64,000 nucleotides of DNA from an uncultured Bacteroidales bacterium (GCA_964594665.1 CAZQNY010000003.1:3225-67224); one strand, 5' to 3'; positions 1 through 9,793 are shown, numbered from the stretch's first letter. Notes: generated by a model from the sequence alone, not told the origin. Program-made: numbers and translations.

Positions 1-45
1 AAGAAAGTCAATATAGTTTTCCGGTGTTATTGTGTTGATATATAT

Positions 46-93
46 GTCGATCGTAATCGCCAAATATCCGGATATTTGGCGATTATAATCGAC
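46..93. repeat. Long palindrome: perfect 30-bp core AATCGCCAAATATCC/GGATATTTGGCGATT (55-84) inside GTCGAT...ATCGAC outer arms
   Basis: Read directly from the sequence. It sits about 12 nt 3' of the stop of the minus-strand gene ending at 105. There is no flanking T or A tract, so it is not a canonical intrinsic terminator. Confidence 0.6.
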
Positions 94-104
94 AAAATTA
101 TCCT

Positions 105-890
105 TTAAAGAAATAATTCCGGTTCTTTTCGATCGCTGCAGAAATTATGGAGCTTCTCACGCGAGGCAACAAAAAACGGATTTGTAGCGGTGCGGGCATG
201 TTGAGGGCACATTTTTACGCAGGCGCAGCAATAAATGCAGGTTTTTTGATCGGTGATAACGCTGCCATTGATGTGAATTGCATTTACAGGGCATACATTG
301 GCGCATAATCCGCACCCGGAGCACTTTTCAGTGATCGTTTCCGGCATAACATCCTGAAATGCAGGGATCTCTTTGTATGGATTGTTTCCGGGAACATTCA
401 GTGAAAGCGAATAATTTTCTCTGTTTTGTAGTTTTTGCTGGATTTTTTCCCCAAATGCCTCTGCCTCGGCAAGATCCCTGGAGTCTGGCCGGTGAGGAGC
501 TATAGGATAAGCGTCGTTCGAAAAGGAGTGCTCTCCAACAAATGCTGCGGCGGCAATTACCTGAAATCCCTGCTCCTCAGCCAGAGTCTTCAGTTCCAGA
601 AGTGCATCGTCGTAGTGTCTGTTGCCAAAAACAACGATTACAATAGCAGGGTTTTCGTTGCCATGTATCTTTTGTATCCTCTCTTTTGCCACTACCGGGA
701 TTCGTCCGTAATATACCGGAGAGGCAATGATTACCGGTTCGTTATCAATGGAATACTCAATTGCATTTACAGGTTGTGTCAGGTCGTGGTGTATGGCCGT
801 ATCCGCAATGCTATTGGCTACTGCTTTGCTAATAATTGAAGTACTTTTTGTGGGAGAAAAAAAGAATGATTGGATTGTTTTGATTTTCAT
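105..890 (-). CDS. Flavodoxin-like domain fused to a 2x[4Fe-4S] ferredoxin domain (EFR1-type fusion)
   Basis: 261-aa ORF with ATG at 890. N-terminal FFSPTKSTS flavodoxin-type loop. C-terminal CSGCGLCANVCP and CIYCCACVKMCP dicluster motifs. Confidence 0.8.
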   Translation of the reverse strand: MKIKTIQSFFFSPTKSTSIISKAVANSIADTAIHHDLTQPVNAIEYSIDNEPVIIASPVYYGRIPVVAKERIQKIHGNENPAIVIVVFGNRHYDDALLELKTLAEEQGFQVIAAAAFVGEHSFSNDAYPIAPHRPDSRDLAEAEAFGEKIQQKLQNRENYSLSLNVPGNNPYKEIPAFQDVMPETITEKCSGCGLCANVCPVNAIHINGSVITDQKTCIYCCACVKMCPQHARTATNPFFVASREKLHNFCSDRKEPELFL

Positions 891-968
891 GGCGCAAAAA
901 TACCCTGAAAAAACAATTATTCCAGTTTATGGGTCATTTATCTGAATTAAAAATCAACAGAAAGAGAG

Positions 969-997
969 GACACCGGACTCAGGCAGTATCCGGTGTC
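969..997 (-). terminator. Hairpin 3' of the BlaR1-like gene (GACACCGGA-N11-TCCGGTGTC)
   Basis: 9-bp perfect stem about 19 nt after the stop at 1016. On the minus strand it is followed by the pyrimidine-rich stretch CTCTCTTTCT, a weak U-tract. Confidence 0.45.
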
Positions 998-1015
998 TTC
1001 AAAATACATTTGGTA

Positions 1016-2335
1016 TTACTTTAATTTGAATTGCAGCGGCATGTTAAACCTTACGCGAACAGCTTCTCCATTGGTCTTTCCCGGAGTCCAGGGAGGCATT
1101 AATTCTATTACCCGCATTGCTTCCTGATCAATGGATGGATGTACACCTTTCAGAATATTAATATTTGAAATATCTCCACTCTTTTCAACGATAAAGGTAA
1201 CGTATACTGTTCCTGATATGGAATCTTTTCGGGCTTCTTCGGGATATTTTAAATTTTCAACCAGGAATTTAATCCTCTCTGATTCTCCTCCGGGGAAATA
1301 GGGCTGTTCTTCAACAACCAGCCATACACCGGGTTCTTTTTTTGATTCTGTCGGTTTAACAGGCTTATTTGATCTGATAACTTCCCCGTTTTTTACTGTA
1401 TATGACGGTGGTGGAGGGGGAGGAACGTCCTGAGTGCTTGTTTTAACCTCTTTCTCTCCTGTTTTTGTTGTTTGTGCATTTACCTGGGTTGTCCCAAGGA
1501 AGAATACCAGTAATGCTGTCACAGGAATCCATGTGAAATAGTAAATCCCTGCATATTTTTTTGTCGGTTTTTGTAACATCATTTTAAGTCTCCTTTTTAA
1601 TGGTGAATAACTGAAGTGATTTGCCATGCCAATTTGTTGGGGACGAAGCGTTTCTGAGTATAAAAGCCTCAGATAGTGTGACCGGTCAGTGTGCTGCACC
1701 GTCTCCATATCAGCCTGGTATTCATGAATATTCTTTAATGATCTTTGGAATAAATATACTGCCGGATGAATCCAGAATAATAGCCGGATTATCTCCATAA
1801 GAATATTATCTAAATAGTGATGGTGATGAATATGCTGAAGCTCATGCGTAATGATAATCTGCATATCCTCTTCACTGTGGTTCTCTTTATTTATAAATAG
1901 GTATTTAAACAGTGAAAATGGCGAACTTTCCTGATTTGTATAAACCATGGTGTAATCATCATGCTTAACATATTTTGCATTTCTGTTTTTGATAAATACT
2001 GCGGCAATCTTTCCCAAATCAATTAATAATAATAGTGCTGAGATAGAGAAATAGGCCGTTAAAACGATCGAGAAAACAGAATACCCGGAGGAGTCAACGA
2101 CATTGTTGCCCGGGGTAATAATGACTTCCTGAAGCTGTAGTATGCCTTGTCCTCCTGATGCTGCGGATACATTAATGTTTATAAATGGTAAACAAACAGA
2201 TATTATTAATGACGCAACAAGTATTGCGCGGTTTGTCTTGTGAAAGGTGTTTTTTCTTCCAATAAAAATAAATGGCAGATAGAGAATTGCCAGTGCAATG
2301 GATGCTTCGTAAAGGTAATTTGTTAAAGCTGTCAT
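1016..2335 (-). CDS. M56-family (BlaR1/MecR1-like) membrane metalloprotease/sensor fused to a TonB C-terminal domain
   Basis: 439 aa. N-terminal TM helices, then HELQHIHHH (HExxH), a Pro-rich linker PPPPPPS, and a C-terminal TonB-C-like segment (YPEEARKDSISGTVYVTFIVEKSG...). Separated by 2 nt from the upstream repressor gene. Confidence 0.85.
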   Translation of the reverse strand: MTALTNYLYEASIALAILYLPFIFIGRKNTFHKTNRAILVASLIISVCLPFININVSAASGGQGILQLQEVIITPGNNVVDSSGYSVFSIVLTAYFSISALLLLIDLGKIAAVFIKNRNAKYVKHDDYTMVYTNQESSPFSLFKYLFINKENHSEEDMQIIITHELQHIHHHHYLDNILMEIIRLLFWIHPAVYLFQRSLKNIHEYQADMETVQHTDRSHYLRLLYSETLRPQQIGMANHFSYSPLKRRLKMMLQKPTKKYAGIYYFTWIPVTALLVFFLGTTQVNAQTTKTGEKEVKTSTQDVPPPPPPSYTVKNGEVIRSNKPVKPTESKKEPGVWLVVEEQPYFPGGESERIKFLVENLKYPEEARKDSISGTVYVTFIVEKSGDISNINILKGVHPSIDQEAMRVIELMPPWTPGKTNGEAVRVRFNMPLQFKLK

Positions 2336-2337
2336 AA

Positions 2338-2715
2338 CTACTCCTTTCCTTTCTCTTGAATACTTTTTTCAATGAGTTCCCGAAGCTCCTCCATCTCTTG
2401 TACACTGAGATCTTCAGATTGTGTAAATGCGGATGTCAGCTCGGCAAAAGAGCCTTTGAAATATCTCGATAAGAAACTCTTAAAGAAACGCTTAGAGTAC
2501 TCTTCCTTTTCGACGATTGGAAAGTAAATGTGTGTCCTTCCGATAGCTTTATGTGAGATAAATCCTTTTGTCTCCAAAATTCTTACAATGGTAGAGACAG
2601 TATTATAAGCTGGCTTGGGTTCGTCAATTCTGCTAATAATGTCATGTACTACACCCTCTTTAATCTCCCACATGATCTGCATGATCTGTTCTTCTGCTTT
2701 TGTTAACTCTTTCAT
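2338..2715 (-). CDS. BlaI/MecI/CopY-family winged-helix transcriptional repressor
   Basis: 125 aa. Typical N-terminus LTKAEEQIMQIMWE...YNTVSTIVRILETKGFI. Immediately precedes the M56 sensor gene. Confidence 0.9.
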   Translation of the reverse strand: MKELTKAEEQIMQIMWEIKEGVVHDIISRIDEPKPAYNTVSTIVRILETKGFISHKAIGRTHIYFPIVEKEEYSKRFFKSFLSRYFKGSFAELTSAFTQSEDLSVQEMEELRELIEKSIQEKGKE

Positions 2716-2740
2716 ATGATTATCCTGTTTTTGTTGTCTT

Positions 2741-2824
2741 TAGTTATAAAACTACAAATTTAGTTATTTATTGTAAAAAAAGAGAACAACTACCCCACAA
2801 AGATATAACTAAAATTATAGTTAT
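2741..2824. promoter_or_regulatory. Cluster of TAGTTAT/ATAACTA half-sites, candidate BlaI-type operator
   Basis: TAGTTATAAAACTA (2741-2754), TAGTTAT (2761-2767) and the 7-6-7 palindrome ATAACTA-AAATTA-TAGTTAT (2805-2824). All lie within 110 nt upstream of the repressor start at 2715 (minus strand). Confidence 0.45.
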
Positions 2825-2830
2825 GCAAGT

Positions 2831-2862
2831 AAAAAAGAGCCGGGAAACGAATAATTCCCGGC
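2831..2862 (-). terminator. Intrinsic terminator of the FKBP gene
   Basis: The minus strand reads GCCGGGAA-ttattcgt-TTCCCGGC followed by TCTTTTTT, about 11 nt after the stop at 2873. Confidence 0.75.
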
Positions 2863-2872
2863 AAAAAGATTT

Positions 2873-3457
2873 CTAACCTATGCTAATAAGTTCAATATCA
2901 AATACTAAAGGTGTGTGAGGGGGGATTGCATTTCCTGCGCCTCTTTCACCGTAAGCAAGTTCTGAAGGGATGAAAACACGCCATTTTGAACCTACAGCCA
3001 TCAGAGTCAGGGCTTCCTGCCAACCCGGGATAACACCATTTACCGGAAATGATGCGGGCTCACCGCGTTGCATGGAGCTGTCAAAAACGCTGCCGTCCAA
3101 TAAAGTACCATGATAATGTACCGTAACTTTATCTGTAGGAGCAGGTTTTTCACCTTTACCATCTGTGATTATTTCATACTGAAGACCACTTTCGGTGGTT
3201 GTTACTTGTTCTCTTTTACCATTTTTTTCGAAGAAAGCCTTTTGTCCTTCAATTTGCTCGGCAGCTTTTTTTGCCTGCAGGTCCTGGAAATAGTTGTTTA
3301 CGATTTCATTAACTTTTTCAGCAGGGATCGCCAGATCATTACCTGAAAGCACATCATTCATGGCTTGTGCAAAATCTTCCACACTATTTACTTCAAAACC
3401 CTGGTCTTTGAGATTCAGCCCCACGCTAACACCGAGACTATAGCTTAATTCATTCAT
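2873..3457 (-). CDS. FKBP-type peptidyl-prolyl cis-trans isomerase
   Basis: 194 aa. C-terminal FKBP domain VTVHYHGTLLDGSVFDSS...GVIPGWQEAL...PPHTPLVFDIELI. Confidence 0.9.
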   Translation of the reverse strand: MNELSYSLGVSVGLNLKDQGFEVNSVEDFAQAMNDVLSGNDLAIPAEKVNEIVNNYFQDLQAKKAAEQIEGQKAFFEKNGKREQVTTTESGLQYEIITDGKGEKPAPTDKVTVHYHGTLLDGSVFDSSMQRGEPASFPVNGVIPGWQEALTLMAVGSKWRVFIPSELAYGERGAGNAIPPHTPLVFDIELISIG

Positions 3458-3498
3458 TCTTATTATTTTTCAATGATTTATAAAGCGGCAAAGGTACA

Positions 3499-3506
3499 TA
3501 TTTTTG
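3499..3506 (+). promoter_or_regulatory. Candidate Bacteroidota -7 promoter box (TATTTTTG, matches TAnnTTTG)
   Basis: Exact match to the TAnnTTTG consensus upstream of the kinase-family gene. It is a single short motif only. Confidence 0.3.
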
Positions 3507-3588
3507 TAAGGTATCATCTGGTGAGATGTGATTTTTGAAAAATCCATCGTTAATCAATAGAAATAGTGTATTTTTATTTCATAAAGAA

Positions 3589-5268
3589 ATGATAAATATG
3601 GGATTACCGATTGAGATATTTTGTGAAAATTGTAAAAAACATTTTTCGTTTGATGTTGGCACATCATTGCAACAAATTGAAAAGGAATTATCAACACATC
3701 TTGAGTACCCTGCTCTTGGTGCTTTTGTGAATAATTCGTTGAAAGAGTTGACCTACCAGATTTACAAGCCCAAGCATGTGCGATTTATTGATATCCGCGA
3801 AGCAGATGGTATGCGGATGATCATTCGTTCGTTGCAGTTTGTGCTGTACAAAGCGGTTCATGATTTATTTCCCAAAATGGATTTTCATGTTGAGAATCCG
3901 GTATCAAATGGCATCTATTGTACAATCAGGAGCGGCAGGAAAGTTCTTACCCTGGAAGATATTGCGGCTATTCGTGAGCGAATGCAGGAAATTGTAGCTG
4001 CGGATATTCCTTTCCGCCGTGTGGAAATGGAAACTACTGAGGCTATTAAGGTTTTTGAATCCAATGGATTGGGAGAAAAGACACCTTTACTGAACACCCG
4101 CGGTTATTATTATACATCTGTGTACTTTCTGGAAGATACGCCGGATTATTATTACGGCTTTCTGGTGCCTTCAACAGGATATCTGAAGACATTCGACATT
4201 GTGCCGTTTTATAATGGTATCTTATTACGCTTTCCCAGCCGTCATACTCCACAGGAGTTAAAGCCCTTGATAAAGCAGGAAAAGATGCTATCTATTTTTG
4301 CTGAGTTTAACCGCTGGCAGAAAATTGTTGGCGTGAATAATATCGGAGAACTTAACGACGCTGTTGTTGACGGTTCTGTCAGTGACCTGATAAAGATTTC
4401 AGAAGCGTTACATGAGAAAAAAGTGGCGCAAATTGCCGATATGATAAGGGCAAAACGGAAAAAAATCCGTGTCGTGCTAATCTCAGGGCCTTCCTCGTCG
4501 GGGAAGACTACCTTTGCCAAGCGCCTGGGTATTCAGTTGCGCGTCGCAGGCCTTCATCCGGTGAAGATCTCCATGGATAATTATTTTGTCGACAGGGCGC
4601 TTACTCCTCTGGATGAGCATGGTGCGTATGATTTCGAATCGCTACAGGCTATTGATGTGGAGCTTTTTAATGAGCATTTGCTGGCCCTTATGGAAGGCCG
4701 TGAAGTTGAAATGCCCCGTTTTGATTTCCAGGAAGGAAAACGATACTATGCCGGTGATAATCTCAGGATAAAGAAAAAGGATATCATTATTGTGGAAGGT
4801 ATCCATGGCCTTAACCCGGGGCTTACGTCGCATATTGCCGATGAATCGAAGTTCCGGATATATGTCTCTGCCCTAACAACAATCTCTATCGACGGCCATA
4901 ACCTTATTCCCACAACCGACAATCGTCTTGCCCGACGCATTGTGCGCGATCATCTTTTCAGGGGCTACAGCGCTGCTGACACAATTTCGCGCTGGGAGAG
5001 TGTGCGCAGGGGTGAAGACAAGAATATTTTTCCTTTTCAGGAGAATGCTGATGTGATGTTTAACTCGGCATTACTTTACGAGCTTGGCGCTATTAAGCCA
5101 TTTATCACTCCCGTACTTCAGGCCATAGCGCCCAATCAGCCGGAGTATGCCGAGGCAAAACGGCTGCTGAAGTTTTTTAGTTATTTCCTGCCTGTGCCTG
5201 TAAACGAAATACCCCCCACGTCACTCATGAAAGAGTTCCTGGGGGGCAGCAGTTTTGAATATGAGTAA
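3589..5268 (+). CDS. Uridine/cytidine-kinase-family nucleoside kinase with a long N-terminal (TGS/ThrRS-like) extension
   Basis: P-loop ISGPSSSGKTTFAKRL and IIVEGIHGLNP. The ORF-track start at 3535 is TTG; the first ATG is 3589 (MINMGLP...), giving 559 aa. Confidence 0.8.
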   Translation: MINMGLPIEIFCENCKKHFSFDVGTSLQQIEKELSTHLEYPALGAFVNNSLKELTYQIYKPKHVRFIDIREADGMRMIIRSLQFVLYKAVHDLFPKMDFHVENPVSNGIYCTIRSGRKVLTLEDIAAIRERMQEIVAADIPFRRVEMETTEAIKVFESNGLGEKTPLLNTRGYYYTSVYFLEDTPDYYYGFLVPSTGYLKTFDIVPFYNGILLRFPSRHTPQELKPLIKQEKMLSIFAEFNRWQKIVGVNNIGELNDAVVDGSVSDLIKISEALHEKKVAQIADMIRAKRKKIRVVLISGPSSSGKTTFAKRLGIQLRVAGLHPVKISMDNYFVDRALTPLDEHGAYDFESLQAIDVELFNEHLLALMEGREVEMPRFDFQEGKRYYAGDNLRIKKKDIIIVEGIHGLNPGLTSHIADESKFRIYVSALTTISIDGHNLIPTTDNRLARRIVRDHLFRGYSAADTISRWESVRRGEDKNIFPFQENADVMFNSALLYELGAIKPFITPVLQAIAPNQPEYAEAKRLLKFFSYFLPVPVNEIPPTSLMKEFLGGSSFEYE

Positions 5269-5274
5269 CCTGTG

Positions 5275-6180
5275 TCAGAACATCATCCAATTTTCACTGA
5301 TTTTCTCTCCCTGGATGCCTGTCACAATTACTTTCACGGGAATTTTGCGTGTGGCCTGCGCCATGGCACGCTTAATGATCTCCATCAGTCCGCCACAACA
5401 GGGCACTTCCATAATCATGGCAGTGATGGTGTTTACTTCGGCCTCGTCGATAAGGCGCCGTATCTTGTCGGTGTAGCTGTCGAGCCCTGAATCGAGCTTC
5501 GGACAGGCTATAGCCAGTGTTTTTCCTTTGAGGTATTCGCTGTGAAACCCACCAACTGTAAAAGCTGTACAATCGGCAGCAATCAAAAGATCGGACTTTT
5601 TGAAATGTGACGACCCCGGATTGATAAGGTGCATCTGTACCGGCCAGTGCGACAGTGCCGAGGAAAGATCCCCTGTTGATGGTGTTGACTTGTTGGGGTC
5701 GATATTCATCTGTGAGAAGTCTTTTGCAGCCGATCCCGGGCATCCGCCTGTGGCGCAACTATCACCTTGTGCAGCCGGTGCTGTTGGTTTCTCTTCGTCG
5801 GCAAGGCGTTGAAGCACCTTGTCCATGTCAAAACCCAGACTGTCACGGTGTTCGTTGAGGTATTTTACGCCCTCTTTCATATAGCCAAACTCATTATGAT
5901 CTTTCATGTGTTTGAGATGCGCATAAATGGTATTCTCGCCTTTCTCAACCATTCCGGCAATAACTTCCGTTTCGTTGTAGGCTTCGGCATCACGTTCTTC
6001 AATCGAAATGGCTCCCAACGGGCAATGGCCTATACATGCTCCAAGTCCGTCGCACATCAGGTCACTAACCAAACGGGCTTTGCCATCAATGATTTGCAGT
6101 GCGCCTTCGTGGCAGTTGGGAATACAGGCTCCACAGCCATTACATAAATCTTCGTCTATCTTTATTATCTGTCTTTTCAT
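5275..6180 (-). CDS. 4Fe-4S dicluster domain protein with a C-terminal domain of unknown function
   Basis: CNGCGACIPNCH and CDGLGACIGHCP motifs. ATG at 6180; the track start at 6207 is TTG. The C-terminal part carries PCCGG. Confidence 0.75.
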   Translation of the reverse strand: MKRQIIKIDEDLCNGCGACIPNCHEGALQIIDGKARLVSDLMCDGLGACIGHCPLGAISIEERDAEAYNETEVIAGMVEKGENTIYAHLKHMKDHNEFGYMKEGVKYLNEHRDSLGFDMDKVLQRLADEEKPTAPAAQGDSCATGGCPGSAAKDFSQMNIDPNKSTPSTGDLSSALSHWPVQMHLINPGSSHFKKSDLLIAADCTAFTVGGFHSEYLKGKTLAIACPKLDSGLDSYTDKIRRLIDEAEVNTITAMIMEVPCCGGLMEIIKRAMAQATRKIPVKVIVTGIQGEKISENWMMF

Positions 6181-6291
6181 CGCTGTAACTATTTGTTTCT
6201 GCAGCAAATATATATCGCAGCGAATTGCTTTTCTGTAACGAATGTTACAACAGCTGTTTTTCTTTCTGTTTTTTTTAAGAAAAAGATTTAC

Positions 6292-6299
6292 TACATTTG
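6292..6299 (+). promoter_or_regulatory. Candidate -7 promoter box (TACATTTG)
   Basis: Matches TAnnTTTG, 19 nt upstream of the ATG at 6318. It overlaps the TTG at 6297 used by the ORF track, which argues for the ATG start. Confidence 0.35.
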
Positions 6300-6317
6300 A
6301 AAAAACTAACCGTAATT

Positions 6318-7940
6318 ATGAAAACTCCGTTTTTACTCCTTTTAATGTTGGTCTCTACCCTGTTGTTCGGGCAATGGACAACCGACACTGTAAGCAATTC
6401 ATTAATATCTTCTTATAGCAACGGGGCTGTGTCCAAGGCTGTTCCCGGGTTCAACGGATCGTGTTATATTTCGTATTACGGAAGTATGTTTGGCGGGTAT
6501 AATATGAACCTGCAGTATGTTGATTATTACGGCCAGAAACAATGGGCAGAGAATGGTATTACGGTAAGTGATCATGGTCAGGATTCGTGGATTGCTGATT
6601 ATGCTATGAATGTTGATACCAATGATGATGCCATTGTATGCTTTGCAGATATTCGCAACGGGGATCCGGATATTTTTGTTTATAAGCATAATGAAGCCGG
6701 AGAACCATTGTGGGGCGAAGATGGTATTTGTCTGTCTAACTCTGCAGAATATGAGTATTCCCCGGCGGCCTGTGTGCTTAACGATAATTCGGTGATCGTG
6801 TCGTGGGTAGTAGGAGATGCCATGAAGGTTCAGAAAATTTCCGTTGACGGAACCCTTGAATGGGGTGTTGAAGGTTTATTGATAACGGAAACGGGAAAAA
6901 GTTTTGGCTGGCCTGTGCCCTTACCCGACGATGACGGTGGTTTTTATCTTGCATATTTTAAGCAAACAGGATCGTATCCAGCACTTATAAAAATGATTTA
7001 TGTTCAGCGATTTAATGCTGATGGCACAATGGTATGGGATGAAGATGTTCAGGTGTGTGGTAATACCGGGATCTCTTCATGGTCGAAGATGTATGCCAGA
7101 AAAGACCATGAAAATGGTGTGCTGATATACTGGAGGGATGACCGCTTTGGTGATCTTATTCCCGATGTTGAAGTGCAACGTGTTAATGCTGCAGGAAATC
7201 CGGTATTTATTCCTAATGGTGTAACAGTATCTTCTGATGGACTTAATTGCTATTACCCTGCTGCTGCCTCACTGAACGATGGTACTGTAATGGTGTTTTT
7301 TACAAAAACGGATGGCTCCCAGAATTACCGTGGTATGTATGTCCAGAAGCTGGATCTTTTCGGTGAGCTTATGCTGGGCCCCAACGGGAAAGAGTTGTTC
7401 CCTCTTACAAGTGAGTTTAATTATACCATTGATATGCAGGCACATGTTGATAATGCCTTTTGTCTTTATTCAGTGTTCCCTCAAGGAATGGCTACCAATG
7501 AAAAGTTTTTTATCTATGCTTTGGACGAGGATGGAAATGATTTGTGGAATGAACCGTTGCCAATTGCTGTGGGTGAATATTCAAAAGTTCATCCCTGGCT
7601 TTCACGGGCTTTCGGCGGGCAGTTTGTAGTGACCTGGGAAAGTGGGGATAATGGTCATGTGTTTGCCCAGAACTTTACTACCTCAGGCGAAACAGGCGTA
7701 ATTTGGCAGGGGATTAACCGTACAGTGCAACAGGATGCCTTTCGTATCAGAGAAAACATCATTACCATTGAAAAGGCAGATGTGCTTTCCCTTTCTGTAT
7801 ATGATATGATGGGCAGGGCTTTTCTGAACGTTGATAAACCTGCAAAAGGGCAGGAGATAGCTGTGAATAATAAGGGTTTCCTTTTTATTACTTCTACACG
7901 CAGAGATGGCTCTCAGCATGTAACGAAAGTTTATTTTTAG
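6318..7940 (+). CDS. Secreted protein of unknown function, probable T9SS cargo
   Basis: 540 aa. Signal peptide MKTPFLLLLMLVSTLLFGQ. The C-terminal ~70 aa (LSLSVYDMMGRAFLNV...VTKVYF) resemble a T9SS sorting domain. Confidence 0.7.
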   Translation: MKTPFLLLLMLVSTLLFGQWTTDTVSNSLISSYSNGAVSKAVPGFNGSCYISYYGSMFGGYNMNLQYVDYYGQKQWAENGITVSDHGQDSWIADYAMNVDTNDDAIVCFADIRNGDPDIFVYKHNEAGEPLWGEDGICLSNSAEYEYSPAACVLNDNSVIVSWVVGDAMKVQKISVDGTLEWGVEGLLITETGKSFGWPVPLPDDDGGFYLAYFKQTGSYPALIKMIYVQRFNADGTMVWDEDVQVCGNTGISSWSKMYARKDHENGVLIYWRDDRFGDLIPDVEVQRVNAAGNPVFIPNGVTVSSDGLNCYYPAAASLNDGTVMVFFTKTDGSQNYRGMYVQKLDLFGELMLGPNGKELFPLTSEFNYTIDMQAHVDNAFCLYSVFPQGMATNEKFFIYALDEDGNDLWNEPLPIAVGEYSKVHPWLSRAFGGQFVVTWESGDNGHVFAQNFTTSGETGVIWQGINRTVQQDAFRIRENIITIEKADVLSLSVYDMMGRAFLNVDKPAKGQEIAVNNKGFLFITSTRRDGSQHVTKVYF

Positions 7941-7994
7941 TGTTTTTGAAAACATCTTTGCGCATTACAGGTTTTATTGGTAGAAGTTATTGGC

Positions 7995-8669
7995 ATGAAG
8001 TATCTTGAGGTATTGGAAAAGAGCCCGGTTTTTAAAGGGCTTGGTGGGGAAGAAATAGCTGAGGTGCTGCAAGGTGTCCGCTGGCAGGTGAAAAGTTATG
8101 CCAAAGGAAGTACCCTGATGTACCGCGGTGATGACGTGACAAACCTTATTTTGCTCGTCGAAGGTCGTGTATTTGGAGTGATGATAGATCCTGACGGGAA
8201 ATACGTGAAAATTGAGGATATTGAAGCACCAAAACCGGTCGCCACAGGGTTTATGTACGGGCAAAAGCGGTTTTTCCCGGTTGACGTTGTTGCGGACAGT
8301 GATGTAAAGGTGCTGCTGATACCCAGAGAGGATTTTAACCACCTGATGTCAGGGAATCCGGTTATTCAGGAGAATTTTTTGAATATTATCAGTAACAGGG
8401 CACAGTTTTTAACAACAAAAATACGGCTATTGTCACGAAAAACCCTTAAAGGAAAGCTGGCACAGATAATTGTAGAACAGGATCCGCATAAATCCGGGAC
8501 TGTAAACATGCCGATGAGTCAGCAAAAAGCTGCCGACCTGATTGGTGTTGCACGACCGAGCCTGGCACGAACCTTTAGCGAATTACTGGAGGAAGGTATT
8601 GTTGAGGGTGCATGGCGTGAGTTCAAAATATTGAAATACAGGGCTCTGGAGTCCTATCTTTTTGATTAA
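7995..8669 (+). CDS. Crp/Fnr-family transcriptional regulator
   Basis: 224 aa from the first ATG. cNMP-binding-like N-terminal half. C-terminal HTH SQQKAADLIGVARPSLARTFSEL. Confidence 0.85.
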   Translation: MKYLEVLEKSPVFKGLGGEEIAEVLQGVRWQVKSYAKGSTLMYRGDDVTNLILLVEGRVFGVMIDPDGKYVKIEDIEAPKPVATGFMYGQKRFFPVDVVADSDVKVLLIPREDFNHLMSGNPVIQENFLNIISNRAQFLTTKIRLLSRKTLKGKLAQIIVEQDPHKSGTVNMPMSQQKAADLIGVARPSLARTFSELLEEGIVEGAWREFKILKYRALESYLFD

Positions 8670-8770
8670 AAGCATAAGAATTAATTATATATTAATGTGA
8701 TAAATGAATAGCATATTTTTCTATATTCGCATTTATTTTTAAACCAACAGTATCATTAAATAAAACTACT

Positions 8771-9793
8771 ATGAAACAATTATTTACATTCCTCATTGCC
8801 GCGGTTTTTGTTGCTTCTGCAGCCAATGCACAATCTGTTATTACACACAACATGCATGCGCCGCAAATTGGTGATACCTACACCATTTACTATAGTGATT
8901 CTTATGATTATTTCGATCCGGGAACAGGTGGAGCAAACCAAACCTGGGATCTATCGGGATATGTTACTTCAGAAAGTGATATGGTTCATTTTGTCGATCC
9001 GGCAACAACTCCCTGGGGCGGGCAGGCAACAAATTCCAACCTGGCGACTCAGGTCGATTTTAAGGATATGGTTGTAATCTACCTGAATGTTACCTCTTCC
9101 ATGATGAAGAATACCGCTATGGGTACTTCTGCTGAAGGTATGGAGTTTTTTGGCAATTATGAAGATGAGCAGGAGCTGATGCATTTCCCTTTTGCCTATA
9201 ATGATAATTTCACGGATACCTACAGCTACACTTTCGAGTATTCTATGATGGGTATGACTATTCAGCTTGTTACCAGCGGCACCGATGTAACAACTGCTGA
9301 TGCCTGGGGAACGGTATCAACACCTTATGGCGTTTTTGAGAATGCCCTGCGTGTAAAAACTGTAACTACTGAAACACAGGAAACATGGATGAATGGTGTG
9401 CTTCAGGAATCAACAACAGATAATACAACGAATTATGAATTTTATCATAGCGATTATAAAGCTCCTTTGGCTTCGCTGTATTACGATGCAGAGTTTCCTG
9501 ATGAAACAGAGGTTACATTTACTGCCTTGGCAACAGGCATTTCTGAAATGGAAACTGCTGATGTAAATGTTTACCCAAATCCGGCTTCTGAAATGATTAG
9601 TATTGATTTCAGTGCCTTTAAATCCGGCAGTAATGTTAGCCTGATAAATGCAAAAGGTGCTGAAGTAGCTCGTTTTGTTGCAGGCAATACCGTTGAGCAG
9701 ATATCTGTATCCGAATTACCTCAGGGTATGTATATGATTATGGGTAAAGGTGCAAATAATCAGGCAATTAATACCAAGCTGGTGATTGAATAG
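8771..9793 (+). CDS. Secreted protein of unknown function with a T9SS C-terminal sorting domain
   Basis: 340 aa. Signal peptide MKQLFTFLIAAVFVASAANAQ. C-terminus VNVYPNPASEMISIDF...GMYMIMGKG...KLVIE. Confidence 0.75.
   Translation: MKQLFTFLIAAVFVASAANAQSVITHNMHAPQIGDTYTIYYSDSYDYFDPGTGGANQTWDLSGYVTSESDMVHFVDPATTPWGGQATNSNLATQVDFKDMVVIYLNVTSSMMKNTAMGTSAEGMEFFGNYEDEQELMHFPFAYNDNFTDTYSYTFEYSMMGMTIQLVTSGTDVTTADAWGTVSTPYGVFENALRVKTVTTETQETWMNGVLQESTTDNTTNYEFYHSDYKAPLASLYYDAEFPDETEVTFTALATGISEMETADVNVYPNPASEMISIDFSAFKSGSNVSLINAKGAEVARFVAGNTVEQISVSELPQGMYMIMGKGANNQAINTKLVIE

Noticed and set aside
3535-3588. N-terminal extensions from non-ATG starts used by the ORF track (TTG at 3535, 6297, 7977, 16007, 6207; GTG at 31233)
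   Set aside because: In each case an in-frame ATG follows shortly and gives a sensible N-terminus (a signal peptide or domain start). At 6297 the TTG lies inside a candidate -7 promoter box. The ATG starts were used, though the true starts remain unverified.
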